Below, piece after piece: positions 1-9,967 of a stretch of 64,000 nucleotides of DNA. Every line of letters begins with the position of its first letter. Within the stretch, counting starts at the first letter, position 1. Made by a program: the position numbers and the translations under genes. The notes under the pieces are model-generated. The model had not been told where the DNA came from. It saw nothing but the letters and a program-made list of their open reading frames with translations, and searched no databases. Source of the DNA: Verrucomicrobiota bacterium (GTDB lineage: Bacteria > Verrucomicrobiota > Verrucomicrobiia > Opitutales > Seribacteraceae); the NCBI GenBank assembly GCA_027622665.1, contig JAQBYT010000004.1:1-64000 (forward strand), given 5' to 3'.

Positions 1-254
1 TATGAATGATGAATTATTCTTCATAGCCCAATCCTTTCAGGTTTTGCCGTATGGTGGCGTCGAGCTTGGCGGCTTCAGCCATTTGTTGGAAGAGCGTCTG
101 GCTCATTTCGGTCATCTTGGTTTCGAAGGGGATGCCGTCGTCTTCCAGCGCCGCTGCGCCCACGTAACGCCCGGGAGTGAGCACGTAGTCGTGCTTGCGC
201 ATGTCATCGAGCGTCGCGGATTTACAGTAGCCGGCGATGTCCGCGTAGGCGGAC

Positions 255-316
255 GAATTATGAGTTATGAGTGCTGAGTTTTTAATTCATCACTGATAAC
301 TGAGCATTCATCATTC
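255..316. repeat. AT-rich heptamer-repeat imperfect hairpin inserted in hsdM
   Basis: gaattat-gagttat-gagtgct-gagtt / ttt / aattc-atcactg-ataactg-agcattc-atcattc shows 7-bp periodicity with the two arms roughly complementary. Similar heptamers recur at 1-13. Confidence 0.75.
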
Positions 317-993
317 GCAGAAGCGCTGCGCCAGGCGTGATACGTCTTGGCGATCTCAGCAATGTCTCCTGCGCTGAGTTCCTTCTGCGTCCGGCTGATC
401 ATGGAGCCGATCTTGCGGGCATCGATGAACAAGGTCTCCCCTTCGCGGTTGCGATAGCCGCGTTCGCTATCGGCCTTTTTGTTTTTCGTCAGGAACCAGA
501 GGCAGACGGGGATCTGGGTGGTGTAGAAGAGTTGGCCGGGCAGGGCGATCATGCAGTCGACGAGGTCGTTCTCGACCATCTTCTGGCGGATCGCGCCTTC
601 GCCCTTGGTGTTGGTCGACATGGAGCCGTTGGCGAGGACGAAGCCGGCCACCCCGTGCTCGGAGAGCTTGGAGACCATGTGGAGAATCCAGGCGTAGTTG
701 GCATTGCCGGTCGGAGGGGTGTCGTAGCCGTTCCAGCGTCCGTCGTGGACGAGCTCGTCGGGGCCGCGCCAGTCCTTCAGGTTGAAGGGGGGATTGGCCA
801 TGATGTAGTCGGCCTTGAGGTCGGGGTGTTGATCCTTGAAGAAGGTATCGGCGGGGACTTCGCCGAGGTTGGCCGAGAGCCCACGCACCGCCAGGTTCAT
901 CTTGGCCAGCTTGTAGGTGGTGGCGGTGAATTCCTGCCCGTAAACCGAGATGTCCTTGGTGTTGCCGTGGTGGCTTTCGACAAACTTGAGCGA

Positions 994-1029
<36 letters not shown>

Positions 1030-1191
1030 GTAGATCTTGCCTTTGTAGGGCTCGATCATTTCGGCGATGAGATTGACGACGCACTTCGGGGTGTAGAACT
1101 CGCCCCCCAGCTTGCCCTCGGAGGCGGCGAACTTGCCGAGGAAGTATTCATAGACCCGGCCGACGGTGTCCTCTTGCATTCCGTCCGACGG

Positions 1192-1211
1192 CCTGCCTGC
1201 CGGCAGGCAGG
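1192..1211. repeat. Perfect 20-bp palindrome inside hsdM
   Basis: cctgcctgccggcaggcagg is its own reverse complement and encodes CLPAGR in hsdM. Confidence 0.85.
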
Positions 1212-1779
1212 TGTCGATGTTGTTGATGGCATCGATGAGGGCGGAGAGCTTGCTGCCATCCAGCCCGAGGCGGGAGAAGTAGTTGTCCGGCAAGGCGCCC
1301 TTGAGCGAGGCATTACTCTTCTCCACCGCGGTGAGGGCGGAGTCGATCTTGATCGCGATGTCGCCCTGCTTGGCATGCTGCTGGATGTAGGACCAGCGGG
1401 AGGTCTCCGGCAGGTAGAACACATTTCGCATGGTGTAGAACTCGACCATGTCGGTGTATTTCTCCTTCCCGTCCGCAATCAACTCGGCCCGGCGCTCCTC
1501 GAACTTGTCGGAGACGAACTTGAGGAAGATCAGCGAGAGGACGACGTGCTTGTATTCCGAAGACTCGACGCTGCCGCGCAGCTTGGTGGCGGTGTCCCAA
1601 AGGACTTCCTCGAAGGATTTGGCGTTCTTTGGGGAGGTAGATTGGGCAGTCATTGGTAGTGAGGTGGAAGAGTAGAATGCAATACCTTGCGGGTTTTAAA
1701 GCTTTTCGACAAGAATAGTTTCCTGACCGCTAACCTCCGATCGGGGAAGAGACCTTTTCAAGGGAACCGCGTTGGCGTT

Positions 1780-2130
1780 CTAGCTTGCCGGGTAAGCGCG
1801 CATGAGGTTCACGCTTACTCGCAATCCGGGAGCCGCCGCCGGGAGCAGGTGTTCTTTGAGCAGGTCGGGGTGCTTTTGCTCGAAAGAGATGCGGTCGAAT
1901 TTTATTTTGGTCTTGATCGAGCGCGACCATTTGCACACCCCCTCGATACCCTTGGCCGAGCCACATGCCGCCTTGATTTGGGCGTCTAGAAAGTCCTTGT
2001 TGATGGTGGCTTGGCTGGTTTCGCCCATGGCCTTGAGGTATTGTTCGTGCAAGCCGGCCAAGTGGGCGGAACGTTTGGCATCATCCTTCCGAGGGGAGTC
2101 GATTCTCAACCTGTGGAGTTGAGAACCCAA
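1780..2130 (-). CDS. Hypothetical protein, probably a 5'-truncated fragment
   Basis: 116-aa ORF with a TTG start and no evident RBS. The sequence is protein-like (LDAQIKAACG..IEGVCKWSR..KFDRISFEQKHPDL). Confidence 0.45.
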   Translation of the reverse strand: MGSQLHRLRIDSPRKDDAKRSAHLAGLHEQYLKAMGETSQATINKDFLDAQIKAACGSAKGIEGVCKWSRSIKTKIKFDRISFEQKHPDLLKEHLLPAAAPGLRVSVNLMRAYPAS

Positions 2131-2161
2131 ACCGACGGAGCCTACCGAATGCGGGCGTAAC

Positions 2162-3277
2162 TCAGCCCAAGGTAAACTCGGGCAGGTTCACTCGTTGGCC
2201 GCCTTGCTCGGCGGATTGGTGGGCGCAGATGCCTACGCAGGTCCAGTTGGCTGAAGTAACGGCGTTTGGCCATGGGTCCCGATCCTCGACGAGGGCGGAG
2301 GCGAACTCGTGGACCATGTGGGGGTGGGAGCCGCCGTGGCCACCGCCTTGGACGAAGGAGAGGTGATCGGCGTCCTCGATGGTTTGGGTGTACTTTTGAA
2401 TGGGCTCGGGAAGGAGGTGGGCGTAGTCGGGGATTGCGACCTGCTCGGGGATTTCGGCCTCGGGGCGCTTGGCCACGTGCACGATGCTGGGCTCGTTCTC
2501 GACGAGGGTCCATTCGAAGCTTTTCTTGGTGCCGTATACGTCGATGCTCTCGCGGTATTGGCGGGCGACGTCGTAGAGGAAGCGCCAGACGTGGGCGGAA
2601 AGATCGCTGTCCTTGAGCTTGATGTGACAGGACTCGACGGCGAACTTGTTGCCGCTTTTTTCGGCGATGTCGTCGCGGACGGTTCCGGACCCGAAGCAGC
2701 TGACATACTCGGCGAGCCCGTCGACCATGCCTAGGCATGGGCTTACTACGTGGGTGGCGTAGTGCATGGGGATCATGCGTTCCCAGTATTCGGGCCAGCC
2801 GTCCATGTCCTGCGGGTGACTGGCGGCGAGGTACTGGATCTTGCCCAGTTCGCCGCTGTCGTAGAGTTCCTTGATGTAGAGGAATTCGCGACTGTAGACC
2901 ACGGTCTCGGCCATCATGTACTTGAGGCCGGTTTCCTCGACGGCCTTGCAGAGTTCCTCGCATTCCTCGATGGTGGTGGCCATGGGCACGGTGCACATGA
3001 CGTGCTTGCCCGCCCGGAGAGCCTTGATGGACTGCGGGGCGTGGTCGGGAATGGGGGAGTTGATATGGACGGCGTCTATTTCGGGATCCTTGAGGAGCTC
3101 GTCGTAGCTTGTGTAGCGCTTTGGAATGTCGAACTGGTCGGCGACCTTGTTCATCTCCTCCTCGTTGCGCCGGCAAACGGCAACGAGGTTTACGTTCGGA
3201 TGGGCTTGGTGGATGGGAATGAACTCGGCTCCGAAGCCGAGCCCGACGATGGCGATGTAGTGTATGTCCTTACTCAT
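2162..3277 (-). CDS. Gfo/Idh/MocA family oxidoreductase
   Basis: IAIVGLGFG Rossmann motif, DPEIDAVHINSPIPDH, GKHVMCTVPM. Confidence 0.9.
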   Translation of the reverse strand: MSKDIHYIAIVGLGFGAEFIPIHQAHPNVNLVAVCRRNEEEMNKVADQFDIPKRYTSYDELLKDPEIDAVHINSPIPDHAPQSIKALRAGKHVMCTVPMATTIEECEELCKAVEETGLKYMMAETVVYSREFLYIKELYDSGELGKIQYLAASHPQDMDGWPEYWERMIPMHYATHVVSPCLGMVDGLAEYVSCFGSGTVRDDIAEKSGNKFAVESCHIKLKDSDLSAHVWRFLYDVARQYRESIDVYGTKKSFEWTLVENEPSIVHVAKRPEAEIPEQVAIPDYAHLLPEPIQKYTQTIEDADHLSFVQGGGHGGSHPHMVHEFASALVEDRDPWPNAVTSANWTCVGICAHQSAEQGGQRVNLPEFTLG

Positions 3278-3299
3278 GATCGTTGTTTGAATGGATTGG

Positions 3300-6200
3300 C
3301 TATTTAAGAGACATCAGGAACGCCATGACGTGGGCTATTTCCTGATCGTTAAGAAGAATGTTCATGGGCGGCATGGGGCTGGCGCCTAGTTTGTCGAAGC
3401 CTTCCGCCAGTTCTGCGGAGGGGTTGACCAAACTTCGATAGACGTAGTCGCGTTCCTTGCGTGAGGCAAGACCATCCAGAGCGGGCCCGACGTTGCCTCC
3501 CTTGCCGCCAAGGGCATGGCAACGGACGCAACCGGCGACAAGATGCTCCTGAAAGATCTTGCGCCCCGCCTCAACCTTTCCGACCACGCCTTCGGGCGAC
3601 TTGTTTTCGGCGTACACGGGCTTTATTTCGCGCAGGCTAATCTCGTCGAACCAGGCGGTTCCCTTGCTTTTCCCCCAGCCTCCGAAGAGGCAGTTGATGG
3701 TGAAGGATCCGGAGCGGTTGGCAGTGAACTTCTTTTCGACTTCCTTCCAGTCGTTGGTCTTCTGGAGGGCATTGGTCTTCCCCTCGTGCTGAAGTTCGTG
3801 GACGTTGAGAAGGGCGCCGTGGGCACCGCTCACGCCCTCCGTCCTGATCCATGCGGAGAGTCGATATTTCGCTCCTGACTTGAGGTTGACGTTGGTGAAG
3901 AGGCTGGTGTCGTTTCCCGCAGGAGTGCCGAACCGCAGGGACTGGGCACCCTTTTTCACTTTTGGCTTTTCCTTCTCGATTTGGCGAACCACGGCATCGG
4001 CCGGCCCGGAGTAGTTTCTGAAGGACCATCCCTCGAGACCTTTCTCGAAGGAGCCGTTGGAAATGAGATTTTCTCCGGTTTCGTAACGAACGACGTTCAT
4101 CGCACCGGCCCCGGCTGCATCCAGAGCAAGACGCAACCATTCGTCCTTGGCGTTTTCCGGTTTCGCCTTGAGGAGGGTGGCCGTCTTTGCGGCTGTCTTA
4201 GAGTCCTCCTGCTCGGCCAGTTTGACGAAGGCTGCGAGACGGGTTTGGAGGTTCTTGTCGGCGAGGGTCGCACTGTCGAAGAGGAGTTGGGTGGCTTGGG
4301 CGTCCGAACCGAGGGCGCGGATGGCGTTGCGGCGAAGGATGGCGTCCGGGTGAATGAGGGCGGCGCGGTGGGTTTCAGGATCCAAGGCGCCAAGACCTTG
4401 CAGGGTCCACAAGGCGTGAACCGCTCCAAGCCCGCCTTTGGCTATTCTTGACCTTAGGGCGGGAACGGCTTCTTTTTTCTTTCCGTCCACGAGCAATCTT
4501 TGGGCGGTGAGACGCCAGAATTGGTTGTCCGAATCGAGGGTTTGCACGAGAAAGGGAACCTTTGCCTTGGACAAGGAAGGTATCTTTCCCCCATCGTTTT
4601 TTTCGTACGCCACGCGGAAGATGCGCCCGTGCTGGCGATCTCGATTAGGATTCACGTGTGCGTTGCCGGTCCCGCTCTTGGCATCGTATCCGCCACGCCC
4701 TCGGCTAGGCGTTGGATTATGCTGGATGATGAAATTGTACCAGTCGGCGATCCACATGTTCCCGTCCGGGCCGACCTCGGCTACTATGGGCGAGAACCAT
4801 TCGTCTGCGCTTGCCACGAAACTAAAGGCGTTTACGGACTCGTATCCCGATTCCTTGGGCCGTACGTCGTACATGCCCAACAGGTTGCCCGTTGGCCCGC
4901 AGACGAATGCCCGACGATCTCGCCACGATTTTGGGAAGCCGGTCGAGGTGGCGAAGGAATGCCCGCAGCCGGCGGTGTAGGCGTTGAAGGCATCGACTTG
5001 GCGAATGTTCGGGGTGATGGGATGGAACTTGGGCGAACTGGCGATCATCTTTGCGCTCATGCGGCGTTGCCCGCCAAATACAGAGTTTGGGATGCCCCCG
5101 AAGAAACTTGGGTTGTTGTTGGCGGTGGAGCCGAAGACGTCGCCGGCTTCGTTGAAGCCAATGCCCCAGGTGTTGTTGTTGAACTGGTGAAGGAATTCCA
5201 TGTCCGAGCCATCGGATCGAAAGCGAAAGGTTCCCATGCCGAAATTGTGTTTCTTGCCGTTTACTTCGCCGTTAAAACGGGAGTAGCCGACCGTGCCGTA
5301 AATCCAGTTGTCGAAACCGTAACGCAGGTTGCTTGGACCGGCGTGCGTGTCTCCCACGCCGAATCCGGTGAAGAGAACCTCGCGTTTATCGGCTTTGTCG
5401 TCGCCATCGGTATCCTTAAGAAAGAGAAATTCCGGAGCATGGGCGAGTATGACGCCTCCACGGGCAAAAACCATCGAGGTGGGTATGTTGAAGCCGTCGG
5501 CAAATACGGTGAATTTATCGGCTTTTCCGTCGCCGTTGGTATCCTCGCAAATCTTTATTCGGTCATTACCCTTGCGACCCGGTTTCAACTCGTTGGGATA
5601 GTCGACCGACTCGACCACCCATAGGCGTCCGCGTTCGTCCCATTGGAAGTAAATGGGATTGATGATCTCTGGTTCCGAAGCAAACAATTCGAGGCGGAAA
5701 CCGACAGGCACTTGCGTGTATTTCATGCTTTCCTCGGGCGAGAGGGGCAATTGATAGGGCAGGGGCTCCGGTCGCCGTTCGTAGTTGGGCACGTTGTCGC
5801 GCTTTTCGTACTTCAGGGGGGCGCGAGAGGCTAGGAACTTCTCGTAACGAGCTTTTGCCTTGTCGCCAACGGCCCAAAGGATGCCGCTCTTGATGAGTTG
5901 ATGAAAATCGGGGTGATTCCAAACCCGTTCGTCATGGCCGGAGGCGGTGTAGAAGACGCGTCCCTTGCCCTCGGTACGTATCCAAGTCCAGGGCTCGGGC
6001 TTGGTGTGCGGGTCTCCGGGCATGGCATCGCGCGTCATGAGCACGGTGCGACCCTTTTCGTTGTGCCTGTGGTGAAAGTAAGTTTCGTCCCAAGCTTCGA
6101 ATTCCTTGACTCCCGTAAGGGCGGGATGGTCTTTTTTTACAATGCGTGCGGTAAAGTCGGCTCCCTGATGGCTCTTGAATCGTCCGCCGACCAATTGGTC

Positions 6201-6566
6201 AAATTCGGGAATGTTCGCAAAGCACCAACTGGCGCAGTGCACGGGCACGAAGCCGCCGCCGTTGCGGACGTAAGACTGCAGGTTCTTCCATTGCTTGGCG
6301 GTAAGGCGGGGATGGTTTGCGTAAATCAACAGAGCGTCAAACTTACCAAGGTAAGAGGTGTCATCCAGAGCCGCTCCCACGCTGGTCACGTAATCGAAAT
6401 AGATGGCATCCCGACCGAGCGCCTTGGACAGCATCGGGTAATACTCGTTCGAATTGTGGTGCTTACTTTCGTGTCCGAGGAAAAGGACTCGAATAGGGTC
6501 GGCGAAGGCTCCGTTGAATGTGATATTCACCAGAAGGAAGGCAAGGAAGGGAATATGTATTTTCAT
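3300..6566 (-). CDS. PVC-type heme-binding CxxCH protein: ThuA-like domain, membrane-bound dehydrogenase-like propeller, HEAT repeats, CBM4/9-like domain, cytochrome c
   Basis: Signal peptide; ThuA-like GGGFVPVHCASW and GRVFYTASGHD; ELFASEPEIINP..WDERGRLWV and DTNGDGKAD; NGSFEKGL CBM-like; C-terminal CVRCH...GPAL...MPP. Confidence 0.85.
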   Translation of the reverse strand: MKIHIPFLAFLLVNITFNGAFADPIRVLFLGHESKHHNSNEYYPMLSKALGRDAIYFDYVTSVGAALDDTSYLGKFDALLIYANHPRLTAKQWKNLQSYVRNGGGFVPVHCASWCFANIPEFDQLVGGRFKSHQGADFTARIVKKDHPALTGVKEFEAWDETYFHHRHNEKGRTVLMTRDAMPGDPHTKPEPWTWIRTEGKGRVFYTASGHDERVWNHPDFHQLIKSGILWAVGDKAKARYEKFLASRAPLKYEKRDNVPNYERRPEPLPYQLPLSPEESMKYTQVPVGFRLELFASEPEIINPIYFQWDERGRLWVVESVDYPNELKPGRKGNDRIKICEDTNGDGKADKFTVFADGFNIPTSMVFARGGVILAHAPEFLFLKDTDGDDKADKREVLFTGFGVGDTHAGPSNLRYGFDNWIYGTVGYSRFNGEVNGKKHNFGMGTFRFRSDGSDMEFLHQFNNNTWGIGFNEAGDVFGSTANNNPSFFGGIPNSVFGGQRRMSAKMIASSPKFHPITPNIRQVDAFNAYTAGCGHSFATSTGFPKSWRDRRAFVCGPTGNLLGMYDVRPKESGYESVNAFSFVASADEWFSPIVAEVGPDGNMWIADWYNFIIQHNPTPSRGRGGYDAKSGTGNAHVNPNRDRQHGRIFRVAYEKNDGGKIPSLSKAKVPFLVQTLDSDNQFWRLTAQRLLVDGKKKEAVPALRSRIAKGGLGAVHALWTLQGLGALDPETHRAALIHPDAILRRNAIRALGSDAQATQLLFDSATLADKNLQTRLAAFVKLAEQEDSKTAAKTATLLKAKPENAKDEWLRLALDAAGAGAMNVVRYETGENLISNGSFEKGLEGWSFRNYSGPADAVVRQIEKEKPKVKKGAQSLRFGTPAGNDTSLFTNVNLKSGAKYRLSAWIRTEGVSGAHGALLNVHELQHEGKTNALQKTNDWKEVEKKFTANRSGSFTINCLFGGWGKSKGTAWFDEISLREIKPVYAENKSPEGVVGKVEAGRKIFQEHLVAGCVRCHALGGKGGNVGPALDGLASRKERDYVYRSLVNPSAELAEGFDKLGASPMPPMNILLNDQEIAHVMAFLMSLK

Positions 6567-6602
6567 TTTATGTGGCTTGGGTCTGGTTGCTGGATTATTT
6601 GG

Positions 6603-8096
6603 CTAGAGTGTCGGCTTGTTGCGGACGGGAGCAGCGTTGGTTTTGGGAAACCATTTGCCGAGCCGTTTCTTGACCTTGTCGAGTTCATCTCGGTTTGCAA
6701 GGTTGGTGAATTCGTCGGGATCATTCTGGTGGTCATAGAGTTGTTCCTCGCCGTTGGGATGGAGAACATATTTGTATCTTTGGCCACGGGCGGAGTGATT
6801 GCCTTTGCCCCATGTGGTGATGGAGGGGCGATCCCATGCGGCCTTGGGGCTCTTCAGCAAGGGAACTAGGCTGACGCCATCGAGATCGTCGCGCTCGGGT
6901 AAGCCGCACAGTTCGCTCAAGGTAGGATATACGTCCAACAAGTTTACCGGGCGATCGCACACTGAACCGGGTTTGGTAACCTTTGGAGCAACGACGATAA
7001 AGGGAACGCGAGTGGATTCCTCGAAGAGTGTGAACTTCTCCCATTGCTGTTTTTCGCCTATGTGCATGCCGTGATCCGACCAGAGAACTATAATCGTCTT
7101 CTTTGCATGGGGACTTGCGTCGAGTGCGTCGAGCAGGCGACCGACTCGTGCGTCGGCGAAGCTTATGGAAGCAAGGTAACCACGGACCGCAGAACGCCAT
7201 TCATCATTTTCCACAACCCACTTGTGCCAACTTTTCCTGATTCCGTAGTGACCCCGAGGCGGCACGTCGGCCAAATCGTTATCTCGAACCTTGGGGAGGA
7301 AGACATCCTCTTTGGGGTAAAGGTCGAAATACTTGGCCGGGGCGTACCAAGGGATGTGCGGACGGAAAATGCCTACCGCTTGGAAAAAAGGTTTTGTTCG
7401 CTCTTTAGCTAGTTCGTTTACCGCCCAATCGACTACCTTGTAATCCGCCGTTCCAGACTCCGGCTGGTCATCGGATCCCCAATCAAAGAAATGGGGAGGC
7501 CGGTTTTTCGGGTCTTTGCCGATGCCAATGGGTTTGGAGTATAGATAGCCGTTCGATGCCTGTTTGGCTTGGCTGGCCTTGGGCCATTGGGGTTCGGGCA
7601 TGGGGTTGGTAGCGGATGGCCAGTAATAATCCCAAAGCTTGGCTTCGTTTTGCTGTTTCCCATAGCTGTCGGTGATCCAGGACAGGGCATGAAAAATCTT
7701 ACCGGCGCCAAAGGCTGCATAACCATTGGCGCGAAAGTGCTCGGGTATCGTCACCGCTTTGGCCAAGTGAGGACTTTTCCGCCAATCCTGTCCATTGTTG
7801 TACACGCCGGATGAAGAAGGAGCCACACCAGTCATTACCGATACGCGAGACGGGTTGCATGCGGGAGCTGTGCAATGAGCGTTGGTAAAGAGCATGCCGC
7901 GTTTAGCCAAGCGATCGATATTTGGCGTGTGCACGCCTTTGCGTCCTCCCATGCAGTTGACCCAATCGTTCAAGTCGTCGACTGCGATAAAGAGTACGTT
8001 TGGTTGTTCGGAAGCAACTTGTGCTCCGGCAAGTAGTGATGACGCCAAAGCCGAGGCGACAATGAGAAGCAACGGTTGTCGGATTGGTGCCCTCAT
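6603..8096 (-). CDS. Sulfatase (iduronate-2-sulfatase/choline-sulfatase-like)
   Basis: PNVLFIAVDDLN, CNPSR formylglycine motif, GKIFH, WSDHG. The start at 8096 overlaps the upstream stop (ATGA). Confidence 0.9.
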   Translation of the reverse strand: MRAPIRQPLLLIVASALASSLLAGAQVASEQPNVLFIAVDDLNDWVNCMGGRKGVHTPNIDRLAKRGMLFTNAHCTAPACNPSRVSVMTGVAPSSSGVYNNGQDWRKSPHLAKAVTIPEHFRANGYAAFGAGKIFHALSWITDSYGKQQNEAKLWDYYWPSATNPMPEPQWPKASQAKQASNGYLYSKPIGIGKDPKNRPPHFFDWGSDDQPESGTADYKVVDWAVNELAKERTKPFFQAVGIFRPHIPWYAPAKYFDLYPKEDVFLPKVRDNDLADVPPRGHYGIRKSWHKWVVENDEWRSAVRGYLASISFADARVGRLLDALDASPHAKKTIIVLWSDHGMHIGEKQQWEKFTLFEESTRVPFIVVAPKVTKPGSVCDRPVNLLDVYPTLSELCGLPERDDLDGVSLVPLLKSPKAAWDRPSITTWGKGNHSARGQRYKYVLHPNGEEQLYDHQNDPDEFTNLANRDELDKVKKRLGKWFPKTNAAPVRNKPTL

Positions 8097-9817
8097 TGAC
8101 CGTCTTGGAATTTCCACGGCCATGGTTTTACCTTGGCTCGTACGGCCCACGCTTCCCACTTTGCAGTGAGTTCCTCAACCTTTTCGGGACTCTCCTTGGC
8201 TAGATTATTCAGCTCGGAACGGTCTTTCCTCATGTTGTAGAGTTCCCATGGTCTGAGCTTGGAAGGCTTACCCGTCTGTCCGTAACGAACCAGTTTCCAG
8301 TCTCCATCTCGAATTGCGCAGTTGAGATGGTGCTCGAAGTAGATCGCATCCTTGCGATCCAAAGATTTTCCCTTAAAGGCCGGTCTCAGGCTTACGCCTT
8401 CCACAGGATCAAGCGAGTGCTCGCCGTATTTATTTGGATACTTTACGCCGGCGACGTCTATGCAAGTGGCCATAATGTCGATAACGTGTCCCGGCTGATG
8501 TTCCAGCTTGCCCGATAGTTTCTTATCTATGCCTTTGGGCCAGTGGGCAATAAGGGGTGTCGAAATCCCGCCTTCGTGAGCATAGTGTTTGAATTCCCTG
8601 AAGGGTGTATCGGAGACATTGGCCCAACCGCGACCATACCCGATGAAGGTGTCTTCCGGGCCAGCCATTACTCCGGGCCCCACTCTCAACGCACGTCCGT
8701 CCCTAGCCTGCATGGGCGGCCATATTTTCCTCTGCAGGTCATCAGGTCCCATAGGTTTGTATTCGCGATAAGGGTTCTTGGGTGTGTAGCGACCAAACCC
8801 TTCCGCGCAACCACCGTTGTCCTGCAGAAAGAGAAAGAGGGTGTTTTCAAACTGACTCTGGCGCTTGACTTCTGTGATAATGCGTCCGATGCCTTGGTCC
8901 ATGTTGTCAATCATGGCGGCGTAGACTTCCATGTTTCGGCTTTCCCACTCTTTGTGCTGAGTCCTTTCCCAGTCGTCGGAACCGGGCGACATTTTAATAT
9001 CCTCTGCTACGAGACCAATTGCCTTGAGACGTTTCAGACGTCGTTTTCGAATCGGCTCGAATCCTTCGTCATACTTTCCCTTGTACTTTGCAATATCTTT
9101 GGGCAGGGCATGCATCGGCCAGTGAGCGGCAGTATAGGCGGCATATAGAAAGAAAGGTTTGTCTGCAGTTTTTTCGGAGTGATCCTTAAGAAAGGTGACC
9201 GCATTGTCGCTTATGGCATCGGTATAGTAATAGGTTTTGGGTTTGTATTCAGGATCGTTGACCGGAGTGATGTAAGTATTGCCGCGACACAGAGTTGCGG
9301 GATCGAAGAAACTCCCGGCTCCAATGATCGTTCCATAAAAACGATCAAACCCACGTTGCAAGGGCCAGTTGTCTTTTGGCCCATTTGGCCCGACATGGCG
9401 AGTTACGTGCCATTTCCCACTCATGTAATTGCGATATCCGGCAGTACTCATAGCTTCGGCGATCGTCATTACGTTACGCCCAAATTCCCCTCGGTAACCC
9501 GGTAGTTTCTTATCGCCGGTCATCAATCCAATCCCCGCTTGATGCTGGTATAGTCCGGAGAGCAATGCCGCACGAGTCGGGCAGCAGCGCGCCGTGTTGT
9601 AGAATTGAGAGAAGCGAAGACCTTTTGCGGCAAGGGCGTCAAGATTTGGGGTCTGGATTTCTCCGCCATAGCATCCGATGTCGGAGAAGCCCATATCGTC
9701 AGACATTATCAGCACGATATTCGGCCTAGAATATTTATTTTCGGCACATAGACCATTCGCCAACAAGAAGAATTGGAGTGTTATTGATAGGCAATTCGTC
9801 GTTGATTTAGCTTTCAT
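8093..9817 (-). CDS. Arylsulfatase
   Basis: PNIVLIMSDDMGFSD, CCPTRAALLSG, GKWH, DNG. Confidence 0.92.
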   Translation of the reverse strand: MKAKSTTNCLSITLQFFLLANGLCAENKYSRPNIVLIMSDDMGFSDIGCYGGEIQTPNLDALAAKGLRFSQFYNTARCCPTRAALLSGLYQHQAGIGLMTGDKKLPGYRGEFGRNVMTIAEAMSTAGYRNYMSGKWHVTRHVGPNGPKDNWPLQRGFDRFYGTIIGAGSFFDPATLCRGNTYITPVNDPEYKPKTYYYTDAISDNAVTFLKDHSEKTADKPFFLYAAYTAAHWPMHALPKDIAKYKGKYDEGFEPIRKRRLKRLKAIGLVAEDIKMSPGSDDWERTQHKEWESRNMEVYAAMIDNMDQGIGRIITEVKRQSQFENTLFLFLQDNGGCAEGFGRYTPKNPYREYKPMGPDDLQRKIWPPMQARDGRALRVGPGVMAGPEDTFIGYGRGWANVSDTPFREFKHYAHEGGISTPLIAHWPKGIDKKLSGKLEHQPGHVIDIMATCIDVAGVKYPNKYGEHSLDPVEGVSLRPAFKGKSLDRKDAIYFEHHLNCAIRDGDWKLVRYGQTGKPSKLRPWELYNMRKDRSELNNLAKESPEKVEELTAKWEAWAVRAKVKPWPWKFQDGQ

Positions 9818-9967
9818 AGTTTATAGAAAAATTATTGGCACCGCCATTAGATGCTTAAAGGATTCAAAGGTGTTAGGGTGATGATGCTTAGGGCATACTT
9901 TTTCATACTACTATAAAAATCCGTTTGATTATTGGATAAAAAAGCCTAATTTTGTGCGATTTTAGCC

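Noticed and set aside
9836..9895. tgctta(a/g)gg-like direct repeats and a sigma-54-like TGGCAC in the sulfatase/AraC intergenic region
   Set aside because: The repeats are short and irregularly spaced, and the -12 element does not match TTGC.
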